This document shows, piece after piece, positions 1 to 9,866 of a stretch of DNA of 32,000 nt. Position 1 is the stretch's first letter. Every line of letters begins with the position of its first letter. The notes under the pieces are model-generated. The model was not told where the DNA came from. It saw nothing but the letters and a program-made list of their open reading frames with translations, and made no database searches. This DNA comes from Nitrosospira multiformis ATCC 25196 (lineage in GTDB: Bacteria > Pseudomonadota > Gammaproteobacteria > Burkholderiales > Nitrosomonadaceae): NCBI RefSeq assembly GCF_000196355.1, contig NC_007614.1, positions 3,090,001 to 3,122,000 on the forward strand. The letters run 5' to 3'. The position numbers and the translations under genes are program-made.

Positions 1-160
1 TCAATTCGAGCAATGGGCGTGGGTCAGAGATATCCTGAATCTCCAGGACCGGAAACAGGCAGGGTTCTCCGCCTGCTGCTCGTATTTTCCCAGCGAGCCC
101 CCCCGCCTGATGGGAAGGACGCGTGACCAGGATATGGATCCCGGTCAGCGGCTTGCTCAC
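1..160 (-). CDS. hemD: Uroporphyrinogen-III synthase (HemD), N-terminal part. The gene runs off the window edge.
   Basis: The minus-strand frame reads (GTG)[52 protein letters not shown], which is HemD-like at the N-terminus (ILVTRP...Q). The GTG start overlaps the hemC TGA stop as GTGA. The position directly downstream of hemC is the classical one. This ORF is not in the supplied track because it is partial. Confidence 0.6.
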   Translation of the reverse strand, partial: MSKPLTGIHILVTRPSHQAGGLAGKIRAAGGEPCLFPVLEIQDISDPRPLLEL

Positions 161-1122
161 GGATGGCTCACGGGGTCAACCGCTTTCGATTCCAGCGCTA
201 CCAGAATCTCTTCCGCACCCTTTGCCTTCAGGTTCTTTGCCAGCTGCGCTCCTATCGAAGCGCAATCATCAGGGCTCCCGTTCAGCTCATCGCTTACCAT
301 GCGTATTCCATCCTGGCTGGCGACAAATCCGCGCAACCTAAGCACATGTCCGTCGATTTCAGCAAAGCCTCCCAAGGGCACTTCGCAACTGCCACCCAGG
401 GCGCGACTCATGGCGCGCTCGGCTTCGACGCAGCGTGCAGTGGGAATATGATGCAGCGGTTCCATGAGCTTGATCAAATCCGAGCGATCTGCACGACACT
501 CAATACCCAAAGCGCCTTGCCCTACTGCGGGCAGACTGAGATCGGGACTTAGCAGGGCGGTTATGCGCTCCGCAAGCCCCAGCCGTTTCAATCCCGCTGC
601 CGCCAGAATGATCGCTGCGAATTGACCCTCATCCAGCTTGCGCAAACGCGTCTGGACGTTGCCCCGCAACGGCTGCACCTGCAAATGGGGAAAGCGCGCG
701 CGCAACTGGCTTTCACGGCGAAGACTGGAAGTGCCCACTACGCTCCCCGGCGGAAGCGCATCCAGCCTCGCATACTTGTTGGAGACAAACGCATCCCGCG
801 GATCTTCACGCTCCGTAATCGCTGCCAGCGCGAATCCGGCCGGCATATCCATCGGCACATCCTTCATCGAATGCACGGCGATGTCAGCCCGCCCGTCCTC
901 CAGCGCCTGTTCCAGTTCTTTGATGAACAAACCTTTTCCGCCGATTTTGGATAGCGTCACATCAAGAATCTGATCACCCCGGGTCGTCATTCCGGATATT
1001 TGAAACTCCATTTGCGGGTATAATTCTGCCAGTCGATCCCGGATGAAATTGGCCTGCCACAGGGCAAGGGCGCTTTCCCGTGTCGCGATAACTATTTTAT
1101 TGGGAGTGGATGAATTAGGCAT
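157..1122 (-). CDS. hemC: Hydroxymethylbilane synthase (porphobilinogen deaminase)
   Basis: The sequence [22 protein letters not shown]...[11 protein letters not shown]...[11 protein letters not shown]...DIAVHSMKD is a textbook HemC. I trimmed the track ORF (157..1245) to the ATG at 1122 ([15 protein letters not shown]), because the upstream 41 codons have no HemC counterpart. Confidence 0.93.
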   Translation of the reverse strand: MPNSSTPNKIVIATRESALALWQANFIRDRLAELYPQMEFQISGMTTRGDQILDVTLSKIGGKGLFIKELEQALEDGRADIAVHSMKDVPMDMPAGFALAAITEREDPRDAFVSNKYARLDALPPGSVVGTSSLRRESQLRARFPHLQVQPLRGNVQTRLRKLDEGQFAAIILAAAGLKRLGLAERITALLSPDLSLPAVGQGALGIECRADRSDLIKLMEPLHHIPTARCVEAERAMSRALGGSCEVPLGGFAEIDGHVLRLRGFVASQDGIRMVSDELNGSPDDCASIGAQLAKNLKAKGAEEILVALESKAVDPVSHP

Positions 1123-1194
1123 TCCTATTAAAATAAACAAAAGTTTGGAAATCCTGCCAGTGCTTATTTTACCATGGAGGATGCCAAAGCCGGA

Positions 1195-1220
1195 CTGAAG
1201 TAGCAAACTGAAGTGCCAAA
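1195..1220. repeat. Tandem 13 bp direct repeat (CTGAAGTAGCAAA / CTGAAGTGCCAAA) in the hemC-ppc divergent intergenic region. A degenerate third copy (CTAAGTAC) follows.
   Basis: Read directly from the sequence: 1195-1207 and 1208-1220 match at 11 of 13 positions. A small palindrome GGGCA-TG-TGCCC follows at 1232-1243. Confidence 0.6.
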
Positions 1221-1268
1221 CTAAGTACTTAGGGCATGTGCCCACATCTTCCAGAGAAGAGGTTGTTT

Positions 1269-4082
1269 ATGGCATCGCTCGCTTCCCCAAGCGAAAGTAT
1301 TGATACTAACCCTAATTACATCCATGACAAGGAACCGAAGGATGATCCTCTGCGCGAGGACATCCGCCTGCTCGGACGCATGCTGGGCGACACCCTGCGT
1401 GAACAGGAGGGCGAGCCTACTTTTGATCTGGTAGAAAATATTCGCCAGACAGCTATCCGATTTCGCCGCGACCAGGATCCGAAGGCGCGACAGGAACTGG
1501 ACAGACTGCTTAATCAGTTGAGCAACAAGGCTACCGAAGCAGTTGTTCGCGCATTCAGCCAGTTCTCGCAGCTATCGAACATCGCCGAGGATATGCATCA
1601 CAACCGCCGGCGTCGAAGCTACCTTTTAGCCCGGTCGCAACCACAGGCGGGCAGTGTCGCGCGCGCGCTCGACCTGGTTTTCTCCAAGGAAACAAGCAGC
1701 GCGGCCCTTGGCCGGTTCTTTGACAAAGCGCTCGTTTCGCCGGTGTTGACAGCCCATCCGACGGAAGTGCAGCGAAGAAGCATACTTGACTGCCAGTTGG
1801 CAATTGCTCGCTTGTTGAACGAGCGCGACCGGGTGCAGCTCACCCCGGATGAGCTAAGCAAGAACGAAGAGGGATTGCGCACCAACATTCAAATATTATG
1901 GCAGACGCGCATGCTGCGCTCGGCGCGTCTGTCCGTATATGACGAAATCAAAAATGGCCTGGCCTATTATCACTATACTTTTCTTACAGAAGTGCCGCAT
2001 CTGTATGCGGAAATCGAAGATCTGCTTGAACGCCGGATGGGCGATAAAGCTCCCCGTATTCCTCCGTTTCTTCGTATCGGCAGCTGGATAGGCGGCGACC
2101 GCGACGGCAATCCCTTCGTTACTCATGAGGTATTACTGCACGCCGCCGAGCGGCAATCCGCCCTGGCACTGGATTTTTACATGGGCGAGGTCCACCGGAT
2201 CGGCCGCCGGTTAAGCCTGACTGATCGCCTGGTCGACGTGGACGAAGCCTTGGCGGCGTTGGCCGAGGCTTCGCCCGATCGGGCGCCGAGTCGCGCTGAT
2301 GAGCCTTATCGCCGCGCCCTGATCGGTATTTACGCGCGCCTCGCTGCCACCAGCATGGGGCTCGGTCACGCCATCAGGCAACGGCGCCCGGTCGGTCCGG
2401 CGGAGCCTTACACTGACAGCCTGGAACTCGTGCGCGATCTCGATATCGTCATCCATTCGCTCGAACAACATAAGTCGGAGTTACTCGCGCGGGGCGATCT
2501 ACGTCGCGTGCGGCGGGCGGCCGAAGTATTCGGTTTTCATCTCGCGCCGTTGGACATGCGCCAGCACAGCCACATTCATGAGCAGGTCGTGGCCGAACTG
2601 TTCGAACGCGGCGCCAACCTGAAAGGCTATTCAGATCTGCCGGAAGCAGAACGTGTGCGCTGTCTCCTGACCGAAGTCAGCAGTCCGCGTCTTCTGCGCT
2701 CGCCTTACCTCGACTATTCCGAGCTTGCCCAGAGTGAATTGCATATCGTGGAGACGGCGGCCGAAATCCACCGACGTTTTGGTCCGGCGGCATTGCCCAA
2801 TTACGTCATTTCCAAAGCTGATGGGATATCCGACATCCTGGAAGTGGCGCTGCTGCTGAAAGAAGTAGGACTGCTGCGGGCAGGAGAAAAACCCTGCCTG
2901 CATATCAACATTGTTCCATTGTTCGAAACCATTGCCGACCTGCGTGGATGTGCCCGCATCATGGATGAATTGTTCTCGATCCCTTATTACCGCAAGCTGG
3001 TGGATTCGCGCAATGACGTTCAGGAAGTGATGCTCGGCTACTCCGATAGCAACAAGGATGGCGGATTCCTCGCAGCCAACTGGGAACTTTACAAGGCCGA
3101 AACCGAACTCACGAAGGTCTTTGCCAAGCATAAAGTCGAGCTGCGGCTGTTCCATGGACGCGGCGGCACGGTCGGACGCGGCGGCGGACCCAGCTATCAG
3201 GCAATACTGGCGCAGCCGCCGGGGAGCGTCAACGGGCAGATACGCATCACCGAGCAGGGCGAGGTCATCGGCAGCAAATATTCCGATCCGGAGATCGGAC
3301 GGCGTAATCTGGAAACGCTGGTCGCAGCAACCATCGAGGCGACGCTGCTGAGTCATGATACGCTTGGCCAATGCGCGGATGAATATTATGGAGTCATGGA
3401 AGTACTGGCAGGCGATGCCCTGCGGGCTTATCGCAGCCTGGTATACGAGACCCCCGGATTTAACCGGTATTTTCAGGAATCGACTCCGATAAAGGAAATC
3501 GCGGGACTCAATATCGGCAGCCGTCCCCCTTCCCGCAAAAAATCCGACCTGATAGAGGATCTGCGTGCCATTCCATGGACGTTCAGCTGGGGTGTCAACC
3601 GCGCGATGATTACCGGCTGGTATGGTTTCGGCACCGCAGTGGAAATGTTCGTGCAGCGCGAAGGCAAGGGCGACAACGGACTGGGACTCCTGCAGAAAAT
3701 GTATCAAGCCTGGCCGTTCCTGCAGACATTGCTGTCGAACATGGACATGGTGCTCGCCAAAACTGACATGGGTATTGCTTCGCGCTACGCTGAACTTGTT
3801 ACGGATGTGGAACTGCGGCGCGAAGTTTTCGGGCGGATACAAAAAGAATGGGAACTTAGCGTGAAATGGCTTTTTGCCGTGACCGGTCGAACTGAACTAT
3901 TGCAAGATAACCCCACGCTGGCGCGCAGCATTCGCAATCGTACCCCTTATATCGATCCACTCAATCATTTGCAGGTGGAACTGTTGCGCCGGTACCGGTC
4001 CGGGGACGCTACAGATGCGGTAACACGCGCCATCCAGCTTACTATCAACGGAGTTGCCGCCGGATTGAGGAACAGCGGGTAA
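1269..4082 (+). CDS. ppc: Phosphoenolpyruvate carboxylase
   Basis: Contains the hallmark PEPC motifs VLTAHPTE, GYSDSNKDGG, FHGRGGTVGRGGGP and the C-terminal LRNSG. The start is set to the ATG at 1269 (MASLASPS), which is preceded by AGAAGAGG. The track start at 1236 adds 11 unsupported residues. Confidence 0.95.
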   Translation: MASLASPSESIDTNPNYIHDKEPKDDPLREDIRLLGRMLGDTLREQEGEPTFDLVENIRQTAIRFRRDQDPKARQELDRLLNQLSNKATEAVVRAFSQFSQLSNIAEDMHHNRRRRSYLLARSQPQAGSVARALDLVFSKETSSAALGRFFDKALVSPVLTAHPTEVQRRSILDCQLAIARLLNERDRVQLTPDELSKNEEGLRTNIQILWQTRMLRSARLSVYDEIKNGLAYYHYTFLTEVPHLYAEIEDLLERRMGDKAPRIPPFLRIGSWIGGDRDGNPFVTHEVLLHAAERQSALALDFYMGEVHRIGRRLSLTDRLVDVDEALAALAEASPDRAPSRADEPYRRALIGIYARLAATSMGLGHAIRQRRPVGPAEPYTDSLELVRDLDIVIHSLEQHKSELLARGDLRRVRRAAEVFGFHLAPLDMRQHSHIHEQVVAELFERGANLKGYSDLPEAERVRCLLTEVSSPRLLRSPYLDYSELAQSELHIVETAAEIHRRFGPAALPNYVISKADGISDILEVALLLKEVGLLRAGEKPCLHINIVPLFETIADLRGCARIMDELFSIPYYRKLVDSRNDVQEVMLGYSDSNKDGGFLAANWELYKAETELTKVFAKHKVELRLFHGRGGTVGRGGGPSYQAILAQPPGSVNGQIRITEQGEVIGSKYSDPEIGRRNLETLVAATIEATLLSHDTLGQCADEYYGVMEVLAGDALRAYRSLVYETPGFNRYFQESTPIKEIAGLNIGSRPPSRKKSDLIEDLRAIPWTFSWGVNRAMITGWYGFGTAVEMFVQREGKGDNGLGLLQKMYQAWPFLQTLLSNMDMVLAKTDMGIASRYAELVTDVELRREVFGRIQKEWELSVKWLFAVTGRTELLQDNPTLARSIRNRTPYIDPLNHLQVELLRRYRSGDATDAVTRAIQLTINGVAAGLRNSG

Positions 4083-4170
4083 CTCCGGGCAGGAACGATA
4101 TCCCGGGGCACCTCTGAATTGCAGATTGCCTTGGTGCTCATCATGATTTACTGAAACAGCAAGTAAGGCC

Positions 4171-5595
4171 GTGGCAAAAAAACTTTACATCAAGACATTT
4201 GGCTGCCAGATGAACGAGTATGACTCGAAAAAGATGGCGGATGTGCTGCGTGATGCGCAGCACATGGAAAAAACGGATGATCCCGCCGCGGCTGACGTAA
4301 TTCTTTTCAACACCTGCTCGGTGCGGGAAAAAGCGCAGGAAAAGGTGTTTCATGACCTTGGGCGCGTAAGACATCTCAAGGCAGCCAATCCCGATCTGCT
4401 GATAGGTGTGGGCGGATGCGTTGCCAGCCAGGAAGGGGCGGAGATCGTCAAACGCGCGCCTTATGTAGACCTCGTGTTTGGTCCGCAGACGCTGCACCGG
4501 CTGCCGCAGATGATCTCAACGCGTCAGATTACGGGCCGTCCGCAGGTGGATATCTCCTTTCCGGAGATCGAGAAATTCGATCATCTGCCCCCGGCGCGCA
4601 CGGAGGGCGTAACCGCCTTCGTATCCATCATGGAAGGGTGCAGCAAGTATTGCAGCTTTTGTGTGGTTCCTTATACGCGCGGTGAGGAAATTTCACGTCC
4701 GCTCGACGATATCCTGACGGAAATCGCGGGTCTGACAAATCTGGGGGTCAAGGAAGTAACCCTGCTGGGGCAAAACGTCAACGCCTATCGCGGCAGGATG
4801 CAATATGCGGAAGAGGGCGAACTAGCAGACTTTGCGCTGTTGCTGGAATATCTCCATGAAATCCCGGGTATCGAACGCATCCGTTATACCACCTCTCATC
4901 CGAGGGAATTCACGCCTCGCCTCATCGAAGCTTACAAGGCTTCCCCCAAGCTGGTAAGTCACGTGCATTTGCCGGTTCAGTCCGGTTCGGATCGGATCCT
5001 CGCAGCCATGAAGCGAGGCTATACTTCGCTGGAATACAAATCGATCATTCGCCGGCTGCGTGCTGCCCGACCAGACATTTCGATTACCTCTGATTTCATT
5101 GTCGGTTTTCCCGGGGAAACCGAAGCAGACTTTGAGGCAACGATGAAACTGATCGAGGCGGTAAACTTTGATGGTTCCTTCAGCTTTATTTACAGTTCCC
5201 GTCCGGGGACTCCGGCAGCCGGATTGGAAGATACTACGCCGCATCAGGTCAAACTGGAGCGGCTGCAGCGGTTACAGGAAAAAGTGGAGCTACAGGCGCA
5301 AGCGATCAGCGTCAGGATGGTTGGGACGACACAACGCGTTCTGGTGGAAGGCTTGTCCAGAAAAGATCCCGGCGAATTGAGCGGCCGCACCGACAATAAC
5401 CGTGTGGTCAATTTTCCCGGTTCTCCCGAAATGATAGGAAAATTTGCAGAGCTAAAAATTACCGCAGCCTTGTCCCACACTCTACGTGGTGAAAACGTAA
5501 GAGCCGATGACGCTCCAATAGAGCCGGAGGCGGCAATTTTTCGGCGCTATGGCGCGGGTCCTGATTCGATCGGCAACCGCGACAATTTAACTTGA
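4171..5595 (+). CDS. miaB: tRNA-2-methylthio-N6-dimethylallyladenosine synthase (radical SAM methylthiotransferase MiaB)
   Basis: The N-terminus [16 protein letters not shown] is MiaB-like. The radical-SAM motif [15 protein letters not shown] is present. The C-terminal TRAM-like region reads [11 protein letters not shown]...[11 protein letters not shown]. The start codon is GTG. Confidence 0.93.
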   Translation: MAKKLYIKTFGCQMNEYDSKKMADVLRDAQHMEKTDDPAAADVILFNTCSVREKAQEKVFHDLGRVRHLKAANPDLLIGVGGCVASQEGAEIVKRAPYVDLVFGPQTLHRLPQMISTRQITGRPQVDISFPEIEKFDHLPPARTEGVTAFVSIMEGCSKYCSFCVVPYTRGEEISRPLDDILTEIAGLTNLGVKEVTLLGQNVNAYRGRMQYAEEGELADFALLLEYLHEIPGIERIRYTTSHPREFTPRLIEAYKASPKLVSHVHLPVQSGSDRILAAMKRGYTSLEYKSIIRRLRAARPDISITSDFIVGFPGETEADFEATMKLIEAVNFDGSFSFIYSSRPGTPAAGLEDTTPHQVKLERLQRLQEKVELQAQAISVRMVGTTQRVLVEGLSRKDPGELSGRTDNNRVVNFPGSPEMIGKFAELKITAALSHTLRGENVRADDAPIEPEAAIFRRYGAGPDSIGNRDNLT

Positions 5596-6455
5596 TTACG
5601 CCCAGCCTCTTTTGCTTGATAGAGCGCTTGATCGGCGGCTGCGATAAGCTCACCGATATCATTAACCTGTCCGCAACTCGTCGCGATACCTATGCTCACA
5701 GTCATGTCAATTTGTCCCGCACGGCTGTTGGCAGGCTCGCTCCTGATGGAGCTACAGATTCTTTCGCCCAGGGCCAGGGCCTCGCTCCAGTCACAACCCG
5801 ATGCCGTAATGAGAAATTCCTCGCCTCCATAGCGTCCGACCCGGTCATAACCCCGTAATACACCTGACATACGGCGGGCTGCCTCTTGCAGTATTTCATC
5901 ACCGGTCGGATGCCCATAGGTATCGTTGATTCGCTTGAAGTGATCGAGATCCGCTATCATCACACTCGTGCAGATATCCTGCCGCGCTCCTCGCTTCAAC
6001 TCCTTCTGCAGATAATCCATGATGGAGGCTCGGTTCCATACGCCGGTCAAATAATCCCGCGTGGCCTGGATATGTAGCTTTTGATGCAGGCCAAGTATTC
6101 GTTCAGCCACCCGTAGCCGGGCTGCCAGCTGTTCTTCATCGAACGGTTTAGTAATGAAATCATCTGCCCCTGCGTCCATGCCTTCGAGATAGCTGCCCTT
6201 GCTGTCCAGCGCAGTAAGAAGGATGATGTAGGTATATTGCAGGCCCGGTTCGCCGCGAATCATTCTGCATAATTGCAGACCATCGATATCAGGCATCATC
6301 CAGTCGGAGATGAGCAGCGGATATTCATCCTTTTGCCAGGCTTCCCATGCCTTACGCCCATCCTCTACTGCCGTTACGGTATGACCCAGTTTCCTGAGGG
6401 TGGCGGCAAACAACAGGCGCGAGGTCGTGTCGTCTTCGGCAATGAGTATCTTCAT
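5547..6455 (-). CDS. Response regulator with a diguanylate cyclase output domain (REC-GGDEF)
   Basis: The REC domain reads MKILIAEDD...[13 protein letters not shown]. The GGDEF domain has active-site GGEEF preceded by RGYD-x5, matching the PleD-type RxxD I-site spacing. The start is the ATG at 6455, which overlaps the kinase stop as ATGA. The track start at 6485 adds 10 residues. Confidence 0.9.
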   Translation of the reverse strand: MKILIAEDDTTSRLLFAATLRKLGHTVTAVEDGRKAWEAWQKDEYPLLISDWMMPDIDGLQLCRMIRGEPGLQYTYIILLTALDSKGSYLEGMDAGADDFITKPFDEEQLAARLRVAERILGLHQKLHIQATRDYLTGVWNRASIMDYLQKELKRGARQDICTSVMIADLDHFKRINDTYGHPTGDEILQEAARRMSGVLRGYDRVGRYGGEEFLITASGCDWSEALALGERICSSIRSEPANSRAGQIDMTVSIGIATSCGQVNDIGELIAAADQALYQAKEAGRNQVKLSRLPIESGPAP

Positions 6456-9400
6456 GGTCGAGTTGCATCCGGCAGCGCTACGCAATCGAGCTCTGACTGG
6501 GTAATTTCATGCTGCACGCGTCCAAATTCCATTTCAATTTGCTCAATTAAAGTAACTGCTCCAGTCATGTCGCCGGCCTTGCCTGCGAGTTCCAGCTTTT
6601 GAGCCATATCCGTCAGGGAATGCGCGCCGATATTGGCGCTGGCGCCTTTGATGGCATGAGCAGTCTTGTGCAGAAGTTCCATATTTCCTCCTGCGAGGGC
6701 CTCCTTCAGCGCATCGATGCGCTTCGCCCCATCGCTCAGAAACGATGTGAATATCTGGGTAATCAAGGATGGGTCGGTCGCTTCCGCGAGCGATCGAAGT
6801 CTTGCAACGACTTCCGCATTCAGTGCAGAGGATGCGGAAGACATCGAAAGGGATGAAGAAACGGGTAGAGAGGAAGGGACTATTGGTGGGGAATGATTCG
6901 GAGTGCTGTCTGCCATCGACTTTTCATGCCTTGCCGTGGGAGATGTTTCACTTTTCTGCCCCTGTTCTCTACCCGGCATCCAGCGCTTCAACGCTGCCGC
7001 AAAATCCTCCAGCTTTACCGGTTTGCTGATGTAATCGTCCATGCCCGCGCGCAGGCAACGTTCTCTATCACCCTGCATGGCCTGTGCCGTTACCGCAATG
7101 ACGGGAAGCCGCGATTTGCTGTCAGGGCGGCGGCGAAGTGCGGCAGTGGCTTCAAAACCATCCATCTCTGGCATCTCGCAATCCATAAACACCATATCAT
7201 AGAGAAATGCATCCACCATCTCCATGGCTTCACGGCCATTGGTGGCAACATCTACCAGACAGCCCAGATTGCGCAATATCATCGCTCCGACGATCTGATT
7301 GGTAGCATTGTCCTCAGCAAGCAGTACGCGTGTACCGGCAAACAGACCATTCGAGCTATCCGCGGCCTGCATCTCGGGATTCGCCGGGAAGAAAGGCTGA
7401 CTGATGAGATTTATAGTTCGCTGGTGGCGTTGCGCGTCCCAGATATTTACCAGAGTCGACAGTAATTCCGATTGCCGCGCCGGCTTGACCAGATAGGCCG
7501 CAAAGCCGATCTTCTGAAGCCGCTCTCTGAGATCGCCTTCCTGTCCCAGGGAACTCAACATCACCAGATGAATACTGCGGAGCAATGGATCCGCCTTGAT
7601 GGTCCGGCCCAGCATTTCTCCGTCCATATCCGGCATCTGATGATCGAGAATCGCAATCCTGTAGGGATCACCGGAGGCGTGAGAGGTGTGCAGGGCCCGC
7701 AAGGCTTCTGCCCCGGAGGGGCAGCTGCCGATACGCATCCTCCAGCTGCGCAACTGCTCTTGCAGCACGAGACGATTAGCCGCGTTATCGTCCACAATCA
7801 GCACCCGAACATGTGTCAGGTCGATGTGCAGACCCGCATCCGTCGGCCAATTTTTCTGCAAGGCCAAAGGTAGCGTAAACCAGAACGTTGACCCAGCGCC
7901 CACCCGACTCTTCGCAGCGATGGTCCCCCCCATTAGCTGGACCAGTTGCTTGCTGATAGCCAGTCCCAGGCCTGTCCCGCCATAACGCCGCGTGGTAGAG
8001 GCATCTGCCTGCGTGAATTTGTCGAAGATGCTTTGCAGCTTATCCGGCGCGATTCCCAGTCCGCTATCTTCGACGCTGATGCGGAGTGATACCTCATCTT
8101 CACTGAGAGCCTCGGCTTCTACATCGATGAGTACGTGGCCCTTGTCTGTAAACTTGATTGCATTGTTGGTCAAGTTTATCAGTACCTGGCGAATGCGCCC
8201 GAGGTCGCCGAATACATAACGCGGCACATTCGGCAGGTAACGTACTATTACATTCACATTTGCCTTTCTTGCCGGCTGCATGGCAACCATGCCGGCTACC
8301 TCTTCAACGGCCTGAAGCAGATCAAAAGGAACCGGTGAAATAACGAGTTTACCGGCCTCGATTTTGGAGAAATCTAGAATGTCATTGATTATACAAAGCA
8401 GCGTTTCGCCACTCGCGCGAGCCAGTCCCGCCAGCTCGCGCTGCGAGGGGGTTAGCGTGGTGTTCAAAAGCAGCCCGACTGCCCCGAGCACGCCGTTCAT
8501 CGGGGTGCGGATCTCGTGACTCATATTTGCCAGAAACTCGCTTTTGGCCCGATTGGCAGCCTCTGCCGCTTTTCGGGCATTCTGGAGCTCTCTCTCGATA
8601 TTCTTCCTTGCGGTGATATCCTGGCCCGAAAAGTAGAATTCACGGACATCCTGCGCAGCAGCTATATTCCACAAAACCCAGCGAAAGGAGCCATCCTTGC
8701 ACCGCATCTGGCTTTCAAAGGAAACATTGCTACCCATGACGAGCTTGTCCAGCTCTGCCGCCGTATCTGCGCGTGAACCGGAGAAGACAAGGTCCATAAA
8801 AGGCTTGGACAGCAATTCCTCCTCCGAATAGCCAAAAACTTTGGTCCAGGCTGTATTCACCCGCTTGAAACGATTGTCAAACCCGGAAATCGCAAGAAAG
8901 TTGAGAGACTGATTGAAATACCGATCACGTTCAGCCTGAGCCACGATGAAGGCGCGGGAAAGGCTACCTATCTCGTCGTTCGAGTCAATGTAGAAACTGG
9001 GCGAGTTGCTCGCCTCTCCGATATTCCTCGCTTTATCTTCGAGCCATGCAAGATTTTGCACCTTCCGATGCACGACACGATACGAAAAGGCAAACCAGGC
9101 CATGAGAAAGGCAAGCATGAAAAACACGCCGGATATATAAAGATTGGCGCGGTTTTGGGCGAGAGCCATGGTATTGCGAGTACGCTTGTCGAGCAATTCA
9201 TGAAACTCGTTCAACAACCGTATGATCTCGGCCTTGGCCGTGTGGTAGCTCTCATCATGCAGCAGGCTGCTGGCCAATGCGGCATCGGGCGCACCCTTCA
9301 CGCCGAATTCTCCGGCTGAATCCTGAAATAGCCCTTTCATGGCATTGAATGCCTTGTACTCTCGCTCCGTCAACTGGTTTGAGCGATTTTCGGCTTTCGT

Positions 9401-9808
9401 AAGTTTTGCAAGCTCGGTCGCCGTAAATCCGAGTTTCCTTATTTGCGATCTCAAGGAAATCCTGCGCCCCGGCGCGGACTCCGGGTTCAAATGACCGAGG
9501 ATCAGATCCCAGTGGCCGCGCTCGTAATGCAGCGGGCGTTCCTTATCGCCGTTGCGGATGGCCAATATATCGAAGTAGATTTGTTCAAACTTTGGATTGC
9601 CTGTGGCGACATAGGCTCGGGCCGTGCGCGTCAAGTCATCGGAAGACTGGCGCAGCTCATCCACTGCAAGGAAGCCGGCATAGCGCACGTTTTCGGCCTC
9701 GTTCAGTTTCCGGAGCTCGAAGAAACGAAGCGCAACAAACAGAGTAAGCAGGGAAATAAGTACTCCGGTTACGAGGTAAAAAATATAACTCATTTTCCGA
9801 ATTGTCAT
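6452..9808 (-). CDS. Hybrid (unorthodox) sensor histidine kinase. Domain order: TM, extracytoplasmic helical sensor, TM, HAMP, PAS, HisKA, HATPase, REC, REC, Hpt.
   Basis: H-box SHEIRTPMNGVLG. G-boxes DSGLGI and GGTGLGLAIS. Two receiver domains (ILDHQMPDMDG and FMDCEMPEMDG). The Hpt motif HKTAHAIKGASANIG is present. HAMP-like DEIGSLSRAF sits after the second hydrophobic segment. The start is set to the ATG at 9808 (MTIRKMSYIF), preceded by GGAAGGAGATCG. The track start at 9925 has no such support. Confidence 0.9.
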   Translation of the reverse strand: MTIRKMSYIFYLVTGVLISLLTLFVALRFFELRKLNEAENVRYAGFLAVDELRQSSDDLTRTARAYVATGNPKFEQIYFDILAIRNGDKERPLHYERGHWDLILGHLNPESAPGRRISLRSQIRKLGFTATELAKLTKAENRSNQLTEREYKAFNAMKGLFQDSAGEFGVKGAPDAALASSLLHDESYHTAKAEIIRLLNEFHELLDKRTRNTMALAQNRANLYISGVFFMLAFLMAWFAFSYRVVHRKVQNLAWLEDKARNIGEASNSPSFYIDSNDEIGSLSRAFIVAQAERDRYFNQSLNFLAISGFDNRFKRVNTAWTKVFGYSEEELLSKPFMDLVFSGSRADTAAELDKLVMGSNVSFESQMRCKDGSFRWVLWNIAAAQDVREFYFSGQDITARKNIERELQNARKAAEAANRAKSEFLANMSHEIRTPMNGVLGAVGLLLNTTLTPSQRELAGLARASGETLLCIINDILDFSKIEAGKLVISPVPFDLLQAVEEVAGMVAMQPARKANVNVIVRYLPNVPRYVFGDLGRIRQVLINLTNNAIKFTDKGHVLIDVEAEALSEDEVSLRISVEDSGLGIAPDKLQSIFDKFTQADASTTRRYGGTGLGLAISKQLVQLMGGTIAAKSRVGAGSTFWFTLPLALQKNWPTDAGLHIDLTHVRVLIVDDNAANRLVLQEQLRSWRMRIGSCPSGAEALRALHTSHASGDPYRIAILDHQMPDMDGEMLGRTIKADPLLRSIHLVMLSSLGQEGDLRERLQKIGFAAYLVKPARQSELLSTLVNIWDAQRHQRTINLISQPFFPANPEMQAADSSNGLFAGTRVLLAEDNATNQIVGAMILRNLGCLVDVATNGREAMEMVDAFLYDMVFMDCEMPEMDGFEATAALRRRPDSKSRLPVIAVTAQAMQGDRERCLRAGMDDYISKPVKLEDFAAALKRWMPGREQGQKSETSPTARHEKSMADSTPNHSPPIVPSSLPVSSSLSMSSASSALNAEVVARLRSLAEATDPSLITQIFTSFLSDGAKRIDALKEALAGGNMELLHKTAHAIKGASANIGAHSLTDMAQKLELAGKAGDMTGAVTLIEQIEMEFGRVQHEITQSELDCVALPDATRP

Positions 9809-9836
9809 CGATCTCCTTCCTTGTGAACCGCTGAAC

Positions 9837-9866
9837 AAATCCCTCGAGGGCGCAACGGAGGGATTT
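9837..9866. promoter_or_regulatory. 9 bp perfect inverted repeat (AAATCCCTC-N12-GAGGGATTT), 29-58 nt upstream of the kinase start codon
   Basis: Read directly: 9837-9845 is the reverse complement of 9858-9866. The inner GAGGG at 9846-9850 offers an alternative pairing. It could be a leader hairpin or an operator; its function is unknown. Confidence 0.4.

Noticed and set aside
1123-1245. N-terminal extensions of track ORFs: hemC to 1245, ppc from 1236, the regulator to 6485, the kinase to 9925, the RnfB-like gene to 18589 and ruvA to 31228
   Set aside because: The extended residues have no counterpart in the respective families. Internal starts give family-typical N-termini, often with an SD sequence or an ATGA/GTGA overlap with the upstream gene.
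2631-3842. A 403 aa ORF antisense to ppc
   Set aside because: It is exactly codon-aligned opposite the ppc frame. In that frame the antisense stops correspond to the sense codons TTA, CTA and TCA, which are rare in this moderately GC-rich coding sequence. The product has no recognisable motifs or RBS. ppc on the other strand is unambiguous, so this is a shadow ORF.
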